This document shows positions 27,801-38,301 of a stretch of DNA of 64,000 nt, in pieces. The position numbers and the translations under genes were made by a program. Below the pieces are notes generated by a model. It was not told where the DNA came from, ran no database searches, and saw only the letters and a list, made by a program, of their open reading frames with translations. Every line of letters begins with the position of its first letter. Position 1 is the stretch's first letter. The stretch is from Yuukianura sp. NJ FZ-2021. Lineage: Eukaryota. Location of the stretch: contig CM102285.1 in the NCBI GenBank assembly GCA_046563655.1, positions 2,914,001-2,978,000 on the forward strand, in the 5' to 3' direction.

Positions 27801-30800
27801 GTAATTGAGTCTCGAATGAACAAAAGAAGCACTGATCTCCGTACAACTTCCTTTCATTAAATCCAATCTCTGCAGAAATGGGCACTCTTCAACCTACATC
27901 TCCAAACAACACATTCCTCTAGTTGCCCAACAACGCATATAAGTACAACCATCACCAGCCAACCGAAATCAACAATCCACTAATACTCGGAAAGGCAGAA
28001 ATTACTACTTCAGTCTCCACTGTTCCGCTAATTACACTTATCGATCACGTTACAACATTCCACTCTCTACTGGAATTCCATCCACATTTTCCAGAAAACA
28101 TGTACAGGCTGTTCCAAAAGTTTAGTAAATATTATTAATTGAAATTTCTTGTACACAGGTAAATGTTTCTGGAAATCTAACTATTTCCATAAGCGTGGCA
28201 CTGATATAAACAGAAAAACTCGAGATTGAAAAGTAAAAGTTTTTTCAAAACGAAGTATCGTTGATGTTTTTAGCAAAAAAACAACAACAATAGACTAAAA
28301 GTTACGAGAATTTTTGCTTATTTTTGAAAAAAAAAAAAACAAAATTAAATAAAAATACTTTTGGCGAGAATTTCTATAAGAGAAAAAGCAACAACAATTA
28401 AGAATTTTTGTTACATTTTTTCTTGCACAACAAGATTCATTGCATTTGAGCGGCTAAATATGATGGATGAAGCTTTTAAAGTGGACTGTAACGACATTCC
28501 TTTTCTCTCGCAAGTGGAAACTCATGTACAAAACTTGATTCATTACTCTCCCACCAGAATCCAAATTTGTTTTAATTCCCGAGATTTTTGTGGCGGGAAA
28601 ATAAGTTTTTTTTTTTTTTTCCAAAAAGAAATTTCACGAGACCTCGGGCAATTACGGCAGTTGGAATTTAGCGTCGCGTGAATAATACTTTGTGACTTTT
28701 TGCCACAATGCATGCCATTTTCAACATCTCCAACCACACCCACTTTTCCTGTAATTACCGTCACACTCATTTTGATTCTTCTCCCCTTACCATTGTGTTT
28801 TTAAGTATATTTTTAAGAAAGTTTCAAAAAAGTTACTTATTCGAAATCTTGAAAGTTTTGTTACCCTTGACTCAAAAGTTCATAAAACTGAAATAATTTT
28901 TATCAGCAAAACTTACGTTTTGAGACTTTCTCTTTCAATTAATCCGTTTAATTTTGCGGTGACTTTTTTAACAAGATATGTTTGTTTGTTATTTTTTTTG
29001 AAGCGGCTATATATTGCCCATGCATTACGGAGTACAGCGTGGTCCAGATTTAGTCTAATCCCGTCTAATTTTGACTTTGACATTTTTCAAAAGGCGTCGA
29101 GCTCAACGAAAACTTTCTCCTGGGCCTACCAGCTTAAAAAACCCGCATTTCCTGAGACATGGACAGCGTACTTTTGGCGGGATTTGTCTCTGTCTCTGCT
29201 TCCAAAATCCAAACTTAAAATCGCACAAAAAATCTTGTAGCAAAAGGAATTTTTTGCCTTCTACAAAGTAGAAAGAGTGTGACACCGCTGGAGAAAAGTT
29301 ACGCGCCGCTCCATCACTTTCTCGTGGACGATAAATTTTCAAGTTTTGAGAACAAGGAAAAATGTTAAGAAAATTAATGATTTGATTTTAATCACAAAAC
29401 CTCTGAGCTCAGTGAGGGAGAAAACTTTCAAGGAATTTTCAAAATTTGGAAAACTCTTTTACCTTCTGAAAAATGAAACACGTCACCCCCGTAAACTGTG
29501 GAAACCACAACTTTAAAACTTTCAAAATTTTGAAAACTGGTGGTCGCATATTACCCCCTCTGGATGGTTTGATTAATCGAGCAATATTGAAGAGATGAAA
29601 GGTTGTCCAACAGAGTGAAAGCAGTGTAGAGAAAGCAAAGGAGCATAAAATTAAAGCTTTTGCGTAGTATTTGAACCTGTTTGAGAGGAGACTAAGCTAT
29701 TAATTTAGAAAAGAAGCTTTTTCTCTCATCATTTTATGGCGCGCCCTTTTGAAAATTCAAAAAAACAGGAGAACTTAAGCCGCTTTCTTGCAAAAGGAAC
29801 AGAGAAATAATGAAAATTTCAAAGAGTCTCATCAGTCTGCTTTCTTTTTTGAGGATCCAAAGATGCTCAACTTATTAAGAACGTCCTCCCTCATCAAAGA
29901 TCTTCAAAAGCAGAGAAACGTCCAACGGAATGGAAAGTTTAAAAAAAATGAAAAGTTTAGTTCTCCACTCCAAATGCTCTCGCGATGAGCAAAAACATTT
30001 TCCAAAGATTTGACTTTAATCTCCTTCCCTCCTTACGACAAAGGTAATGAGAGAAAGCGAAAGGTTTTTAAGAGGGATTAAAAAAATCAAAAAAGAAAAC
30101 TAGACAAAAAAACAACGGTCGAGTGACTCCTTTCCACTTCCCATTTTGAAAAAAGAACGAAAAAGCTCTTCCCCTGATTAATTCCAAAAATTTGTACTTT
30201 CGCAGTTTTTAATTTAAAAAAAAATATAAGGCGATGCATATAACTCAGATTTGTTTCTAAAAATTTCAACATCAAAGTTTGTTTCCTCAACTTTTAAAAG
30301 AAAGAATTTACTCAATCTTCCTAAAAATCAAAATGTGTCGAACCAAATGCGTGTGAAGATTTTTAAAAATTTCCACCTGAGTTGAAATTGGCGCGTGCTG
30401 ATGTTGAGTTTGAACTGAAAAGGACGGCATTTTTAACCTAACTTGGAGTCGTGTCTAAACCTCCGTCTGTTCATGCCTCAGTTGGCACTCCCCATTGGAT
30501 TTAATTTCATTGAATTATCGATAAGTTTAAAGAAGAAAGTAGAAAATATTCTCCCTGACTCAGCATCTAAACCACTCACAGGAAATGGTCAATTCTTTCT
30601 CCACTTTCTCCAAAGGCACAAAGAGTCTTATCAAACTTCCAGCCTTAAAAGTTACCTTTTCATCCCCTAACCCAACCAAAACCTACGTTAGTCTCCGTAC
30701 TTTCTCCATTTTCTCCAAAAGAACCGGTCACTCACCATTGACTTTTAGTGACAAAATCATGACCAACGTCTCTTTCGACTTTCTACCGCCAAACAATCAA

Positions 30801-33800
30801 ATTCAAAACCTTTCCTAAGCAGTAGATTCTCAATTTTATTTGTACCTTAGCACCTTTTCACATAAATTTATAAACTTTTAAAACTTACTTCCAAATTTAT
30901 TTCATTTCAGTTTTATTAAATTGAAACATTTTGTTCTAAATCTTTACAAATATATCAAATACGTTTTCTAGTTTTCTCAAAAACAGAAAACATTTCCGCA
31001 CCGCGCCATTTCCTCAGCACTTTTCGAAAATAATAAAGTTTTCACGATTTTCCGTGACACTAAATCCAACAGGACGTAATGTTTTTCGGAGGTCACCAAA
31101 GGTCAAGATGTCAGCATGGGCATAACACTAGTTTTTATGTGAAAGATGAAGAGGATTAATAATCGTAGAGCGTGTGAAGGAAGTCGTGGTAATTTGGGGC
31201 CTTAGGTTAGGTTGTAGTTACGTTTAGCTTAGGTTTATACGTTACACTGAGCAGAACGTGTGTCGAGTGCAAGGTGTTTGTGTGGTACAAAAGTGGCAAT
31301 TAGGGAACAATGGTTGGTTTGATTGGAATGAGGCCAATCTGTCCGCATCTTCATCTTCGTCTCTCCAAAATCCAGATTGGATTTCTCCTCCCAAATTGGA
31401 TGTGACGGAAATACGCACCAACATCATCTAGGACTCCAGTGAGCCTGGACACCAGTCCACTTGGATACATGGACACCGTGGAACGGACGGATGTGACACA
31501 ATAAGTCCACGCCTCAGCATCACAACTAACGAGATTAAAAGTTGGCCACCACCTAATGTCGCTCTGTCCATGTCAATATCTCTCATGTCCACTAAAACAC
31601 GATTTCCTCTCATCAACTCCTTCATTCCCCACTTCAAAAGTTATGGCCAACAATAAAATTGTATCAAAGCCTCTTATTTTTATGAACTTTTCCGGAGAAA
31701 GTTGGAACGTTTACACAATAATTATTAGTTTACCCTCCATACATTCTAAAACAATTTTTAGTAGTTTTCGTTAGGCTGTAAAAAAAAACTAGAAATCACA
31801 TTGAGTTGATTTTTTTTTCAAAATGTTGCTCATGAAGTTTTGAAATTTTGTGTTTGGATGAGGCGATGTTATGTTAGCGTTACTTTTAATCAAGGTTCTC
31901 TGACAACGGAATTGCGTTTCCTACAACTGGTTATCCAATAGCTCAGGGTTTTGAAAAACCTTGCTTCAAACAACTTTTAGCACCAATTTACCATTAATTC
32001 TGTTTATACATTTTTTCCATTTATACATTTTCAATACTCGAAATCGCCTAGGAATAAAATATAATTGGGAAACAAATTCACAAATTGTCAAAAGAATGGA
32101 GGCAAAGTTTAACCTGTTTGGATTTTTTGAAAAGTTTGGCAAACATTGAAAAACCCGAGTTATTGGACAACCTGATGGAGAAAAAACATTTTCTTTGTTT
32201 ACAAACCTTGCTTTTAATTTGAGAGATAGGTTATGCATTCTGTTCTATATGTTATACATTCCCTATATGTATTTTGACATCAGCTGTGTGTTACAAGTAG
32301 TTGGTTGTTGATTCGTGGCAGTTGTGAGAGGAAGCGTAATAAATCAAAAGGAAGTGAGTCTATCTAAATTAATCCTTCCACAAGGACGAACCTGCACGAA
32401 ATAACAATCGTTGTGGTGAAAGTGCGTGCTTTCTCCCCTTTCAAAACTAATGACTAGACACGACTCCATCTTCATTCCGAATCACAATTACACTCCACAA
32501 AGGACTGTCTCGGCCCTCAAGGGCCGTCCCAATTTATTCACAAACTTACTCATTCCTTACTCAACTACGAAACTTATAAATGAGAAACAAAATCATACTC
32601 ACATTTGCATGCACCACAACGATACCAATTCCGCACGCACTTCTACAACTTTCCACTGAAAACAAAGTTGTTCAGTAACAAGTTTCCAGAAATATCCAGA
32701 AATATTGTTTTCCAGAAATGTTTTGCAAGATTTTTTAGGTGAATCGTCTCAGTGACTAATTGTAAGGGTTACTCAAACAGTTTTCCTGAGTTGACCTTTG
32801 ACCTCTTGTGATTTGGAGAGGAAACATGTGAAAGTTTGGTTAGTAATGGGAGTAATTAGGTGCTTTATTGACTTTTCCCCATTCCACATTCCATTCCATA
32901 GGTTGTAGAGCGATGATCAAACACGGGAGTGGATTGAAAGCAGTGCATTTTCATCCGACTGAATGGAAATCAAATTTGCGTTTAACGATGTAAAACTTCT
33001 CTTTTGAAATTTGGCGCTTTGATTATTTGTTCGCCTGACGCAAACAAGGATCAAAGACACTGATCACCCTCACCACACCTTCACACCAACCGGTGTCACA
33101 AACACCACCTAAATCCAAGACACATCAAATTTTCAACTCGAAAGTAACTTTTAGTAGTAATTTGCAATAGAAGTAGAAAAATGTTTTACGTGACAAATCC
33201 CACGTCAATGATTTTGGCAAATTACAGCCAATTTCTGAATCCTGATGAGTTACGGATGCGCAAAATTATTTCCAGTTTGAGAGCTAGACAAAAAAAGTTG
33301 ATGATTTGAATTGCAATTTGATCAGGCGAGAAACTGGCAGTGAATTATAAGATAAACGCTAGAAAAAATTGCAACCTTGAGAAAAAACTTCTTTTTTGTT
33401 CAAGCATTTGTTTCATGAATTTGAAGCTTTTTTTTTGTCTCATTTTTTTTTTACGTAAACGGATCCAGAAAATATAACAGGGGCAAAAAAGAGAATAAAG
33501 TACGTGATCAATTCAAAAGAAAAGAACAGAAAAAACTGCCACGTCTTCATTTCTTCACCAAATCTAACAGACCATGAACCAAAATAAGTTTTTTTTCTGC
33601 ACTTTTTCTTATTGCTTTTTCAGCAAGATTTTTTGCATTGTTTTGTTAAAGCCTTTTATAATAATAAGCCATTACATTCCTCATAATTCATCGTCAACTC
33701 CTCGAATTGTTAGGATGCTACCTGGAGATTTCTTGGAAAATCATGACGCCTTCTCGCCAAATGCATCCCATTTTTGTCCTTGCTCGACTTTCCTCCAAAA

Positions 33801-33801
33801 C

Positions 33802-33810
33802 TATATAAAT
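33802..33810 (+). promoter_or_regulatory. TATA box of the Gly-rich gene
   Basis: TATATAAAT ~90 bp upstream of the ATG at 33896. Confidence 0.55.
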
Positions 33811-33895
33811 CCAAATTTCATTTTAAAAGCCAAGCATTACCTAATCGCAATTTTGAAAGAAACAAACATCTTTGCCAAAAAAAAAACCTCTCAGC

Positions 33896-34314
33896 ATGGT
33901 ACACAAGGTAAAATCTAAAGCTGTAACTTTAAGAAAAAATGAAAAATTTAAATAGTTCGTTTTACTTCGAATTCTTTCTCTTTCTAACTTCAGATTATTG
34001 TGGTGGCCTTATTGGCCTTTGTTGCTGTCACTTTTGCCCAAGATTATTCTATTTTGCCATACCCAAACAATAACCACGGTGGTAACAGAGGAGGTGGTTA
34101 TGGAGGTAACCGAGGCGGTGTGTCAGGTGGTTACAACAATCAAAATCGGTACGGAGGTGGTCGTGGACAAGGTTTTGTTGACGAACCATCATATGGCAAT
34201 AGACGTCCAATCATTGACCCACCACGAAGACCTCATCAAGGCGGACATGGACGTAATAGACCAGACTATGGTAACAACGACTACAGAATTCTTGGCCAAA
34301 ATGGTGGATACTAA
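33896..34314 (+). CDS. Small secreted Gly/Asn/Arg/Tyr-rich protein (cuticular or antimicrobial-like)
   Basis: A 12-nt first exon (MVHK, 33896-33907) and intron 33908-33993; exon 2 completes the signal peptide (IIVVALLAFVAVTFA) and carries GGNRGGGY repeats. Confidence 0.8.
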
Positions 34315-35114
34315 AAACACAGCATCGATGAAACTGTGTTTTAGAAATTAAGATTCCGGACCATCACCAACATACATTAACCTTAAAAGTACAAGTTAGA
34401 CAATTTTAAGAAAAGCTGATTTTTTTTTTGTAAGAAAAATTATAGCTGTTAAAAAATAAAAGTTTGTTCAAAACAAAATAAAAAAATTTGCGTTGCAAAA
34501 TTTTTAGTACGCTCTATGCCTTTTTTTTGCAATTTAATTAAAGGATGACGTCTTTGAAGACCTGTCTTTTTACGCACACGTCTTCGAGCCACAGTTTAAA
34601 ACTGAAAAATAGTCGCTTTTGCGATTTTTTATGAATTTCGTAACGAAGTTAGTTGTTGTTGTGAATTGTTTGAGGATGACGCGGGACATGATGCTTCATA
34701 GGATACGACAACGGAATTCACAGTGAATCATTCCATGATCACCTTATCTTAACTCGTAGTTCTGCCAGGTGACCTAGCAGTGACCTTTAACAAAAATGCC
34801 AAGGAGTACCTTTATGCTAAAAATTTAGGCATTTACTGGCTAGAAATGTCAAAGGTACCGACAGCTATGTTATGCAATCACAACTTCTCTGTGACCTTCG
34901 ACATCAAATGAAAACTTGAATTGTCACTGGTTTTGGTTTCAATTAGCGAAGAGTCAGTTCAACTTTTTTGCTAAAATAAAAAATGGAAAACCTGGTTGAC
35001 ATTAACGTCATTCCGTGGCTAGAGGAATCGTCCCAAACTGGTTATTGCAAATTTGCAGAAATTTTAGGTCCTGGACAGTGTGGTCACTGTCTGAAAACAT
35101 GTCCACCTTAAAGC

Positions 35115-35122
35115 TATAAATA
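35115..35122 (+). promoter_or_regulatory. TATA box of the Pro-rich repeat gene
   Basis: TATAAATA ~95 bp upstream of the ATG at 35212. Confidence 0.55.
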
Positions 35123-35211
35123 TCCCGGTGTTTTATTCATAAAACAGCCACTTTCACTTTTAGATTGAATCATCCCGTGTGGAAGAGCTTTAGTTTCTTA
35201 AGATTTTCAAC

Positions 35212-36355
35212 ATGGTACAAACGGTAAGACATTCTTAAACCAAAACTGAATGTGTAAAAATTTTAGCTTAACAAAATTTGTATAACAATGTCCACATCTT
35301 TGAAATTTTAATCACTGAAAGTGGTGTTAATAAGTTGGAAGCATATCCAACAATCACTACTAAAAAAAAATAATGAGAAATTCTAAAAAAAAAAAAGTTG
35401 CTTTCTCTTAAATTTCTAGACGCTTTTCACTTGCTTGCTGGTGGTCGGCGCAGTTTGTGCTAGCGGTTATTATGGCAAACAGCCTTCCGAAGATGAAAAC
35501 CAAATAAATCCGGGGTTTCAGCAACCGAAACCCGTACGATACCCAAAACCGAACTACAGACCGGCTCCGCAATACCGACCGCATTTGAACTACCCCAAGT
35601 ACACTCCCGTGATACCGCAGTATGTTCCGGTTGCTTACCAACCGTATCCTGTATTCCATTACGTACCACAATATGTGCCGCAGTATGTCCACCACACACC
35701 TCCAGTTCAAGAAGAAGAGCAAAACATTCAACCAGCATTTCAAAAACCAACTCATCGCCCTACTTCACCTCCAGTCCAAGCTTACCCGGAATTCAAAGAT
35801 ACAACGCCCTCACCTCCAAGAGATGAAGAAGAACAAGATATTCAACCCGGATTTCAGCAACCTACTACCCGCCAACCTCCTGTCCAGTCTTACCCGGTTT
35901 TCCAACCTGACGAAGAGGAGCAAGACATTCAACCCGGATTTCAGCAACCGGTTCCAGAATCCAAACCGGTTTTTCCTGCTGTTGTACGGACACATGGGTA
36001 CCCATCTTTCAAAGTTCCAACGCCTTCAGTTCGTCCGGCTCTTCCTGTCCCTGATGAAGAAGAAACCGATATTCAACCTGGATTTCAACCCGCTCCGACA
36101 CCAGTACCGTCATTTCCAGCTCGTCGTCCATCATACTCCGCTCCCGTTCCGGACGAAGAAGAACAGGACATTCAACCCGCATTCCAACAACCAACCGTAC
36201 CGCCGGCTCCAGTCATACCGGTTCGTCAACCGGAACAACCTCGCTTCGACCCCTACATTGTCAACTATAGAAAATCTCCTAAGCCAAAGATTACCGAACA
36301 AGAACAAAGTATTCAAAATGCTGGTAAAAAGCCAATTGACCGATACCGGCGCTAG
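35212..36355 (+). CDS. Secreted Pro/Gln-rich low-complexity protein with repeated DEEEQDIQPGFQQP motif
   Basis: A 12-nt first exon (MVQT, 35212-35223), intron 35224-35419, signal peptide TLFTCLLVVGAVCA and a long open exon 2 with six motif copies. Confidence 0.85.
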
Positions 36356-37201
36356 ATTTTCAAAAACTTTTATTAGTTTTAATTGCCTGTTTTCTAACTT
36401 ATAAAAGAATACACAAAAATATAACTTGAAGTCCTTTTTGATCATTTTTTGACATAGTACAACAGTAAGGTTAACTCAAACTAGCTTTCTTTGTGTTTCA
36501 AAGCTTTCCAAGTGACATTTTCAAAGTATCTAAATAAACGATTAGTTGAAATGGGGAAACCCATAACCCTAAAAAAGTTCTTTCTTCACTACTAAAACTC
36601 TGTGAACCAAATTATGAGTATTTGTTCTTGAATTTCTTCCTTCTTTAAACACAAGAAATGGGAAGAATGAGAATAAAAATTTCATGAAATTTTTCTTTTC
36701 TGGTTTTATGAGAATGGACTCATTCAAACCTTATGAAGGATGAAAAATTTGACTGTTTTTTTCCTTTGTCTGTTCGTGTTAGAGAGAAAGTTGCAGGAAG
36801 TCGTCTGCCCTCCAAAATGAATATTTTCAAAGTTTCATAATCTCATGACTGTCACCCATTTTTAGGCAACTAACCAATTCTAAAACTTTTTTTGCCGCTG
36901 TTATTCAAAAATTTAACCCAGACACGAAGTAAAAAATTACACTAACTTTTTATAAAAATGTGGACAATTTGGTTCCAGACAACCTTCAAACAGGTTCAGA
37001 ATTTCTTAACTAATTAAGCTATGATAGAGGAGATCTTCTTCAGCCTACTACGTCAAAATTTGAAAGACAAAAAAACAGGTGACTAGTTTTCCATCAGTTT
37101 TTAAAAATTTTGACGAACATTCTAGAAAACAGGTTTGGCTTACGAAATTAGTGAGGAAGTAAACCAGTCAGTTTGTTAGTTATGCGGTTTGTCTTGAACA
37201 A

Positions 37202-37210
37202 TATATAAAT
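37202..37210 (+). promoter_or_regulatory. TATA box of the EF-hand gene
   Basis: TATATAAAT followed by a short non-coding exon, a GTAAGT donor at ~37272 and an acceptor just before the ATG at 37807. Confidence 0.45.
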
Positions 37211-37317
37211 TTTGGTAGTTTCATCGGTTATACAGCAGTAGAAATTCTGCGGTAAACAAGCAAACAGCCTCGTAAGTTAACTTTAAACTAAAGCTATTTA
37301 CTACGCACCAAACCTTC

Positions 37318-37538
37318 TACAGTTTGTCTTTTTTTAGAAGGCTCAAATTTGAAAACATTCCGGTCGCCTTTATGTACCTTTAAGATAGAAATTATCAATT
37401 TTCGGAAATTTCATATACAAGCCTAATGGAGTGTTTAAAGAAAGTGTTTTTTTTTTGAAATACTGAATTTTTTCATAAGTATCGCAATGGAACCGAAAAA
37501 AACAGAAACAAACTGCCTTCTGAAAAGAGACAAACTAA
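37318..37538. mobile_element. MITE, same family as 53394-53644
   Basis: TIRs agtttgtc...tagaaggc / gccttc...agacaaact; the interior is collinear with the copy at 53.4 kb. Confidence 0.75.
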
Positions 37539-37806
37539 ACACTCCTACCTTTATTTTAGCGTTTACTTTCTGTTAATTAGAAACTTTGTTAGGTTCAATT
37601 CCAAGTGGTTCATTAGCAAAGTTGTAAAAAATACGTGCTAAAAACCCCCGAAATATTAACAAAAACATATTTTTTTAAATAATTACTTATTTAACGTTAA
37701 ATGCACCGGCAAATAAATCAATATTTAGCCAAATCGACCCCGTAAATATTTTTTAACAGTAGTGGTATAAAGGCTAAATATGTTTGACATCCCTGTTTAA
37801 TAGAAC

Positions 37807-38301
37807 ATGTCAGCTTCAACCATTGATTGGGATAAACCATTCACGGACGATGAGTTGCGTAAATTGACGGACTTTTTCCGAACCCTTCCGACGTATACAG
37901 ACGACGGTGTGGAGCCGTACTTTTTGTCAACGGATGTCGAAAATTGCTTGCGTGGATTCAACTACTATCACGGTCCAGAGCAGTGTGAAGCATACAAAAA
38001 CTATTGGGATAAACACTACGGAGGAAAAATCCACCTCTCCAGGTACGTAGACGTTGTGAAGGGAGCCAATGCAGGTCCCTCTGCTATGTCTTCGGCGATT
38101 GGAAAAGCTTGGGACAGAGATGGCGACGGACACATCTCAGCCTCGGAATTTGCCGAGTTTCTCGATTTCATGATGGTTCATGAACCGAAACTCAAAGGAT
38201 ACGACTACGAACAGTTCATGGAGGAAGCGGATGCTAACAAAGACGGCAAAATCAGCATCGAAGAATTTGCTCAATGGATCAAGGCCAAAGTCCCAAAATA
38301 A
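37807..38301 (+). CDS. EF-hand calcium-binding protein (164 aa)
   Basis: Two canonical EF loops, DRDGDGHISASE and DANKDGKISIEE; single coding exon. Confidence 0.85.
   Translation: MSASTIDWDKPFTDDELRKLTDFFRTLPTYTDDGVEPYFLSTDVENCLRGFNYYHGPEQCEAYKNYWDKHYGGKIHLSRYVDVVKGANAGPSAMSSAIGKAWDRDGDGHISASEFAEFLDFMMVHEPKLKGYDYEQFMEEADANKDGKISIEEFAQWIKAKVPK

Noticed and set aside
27550-28200. Slightly coding-looking stretch with intron-like signals
   Set aside because: Frequent stop codons and no recognisable domain; a decayed gene cannot be supported without a search
35408-36445. Overlapping alternative-frame and antisense ORFs (e.g. 35622-36404)
   Set aside because: Shadows of the low-complexity Pro-rich coding sequence
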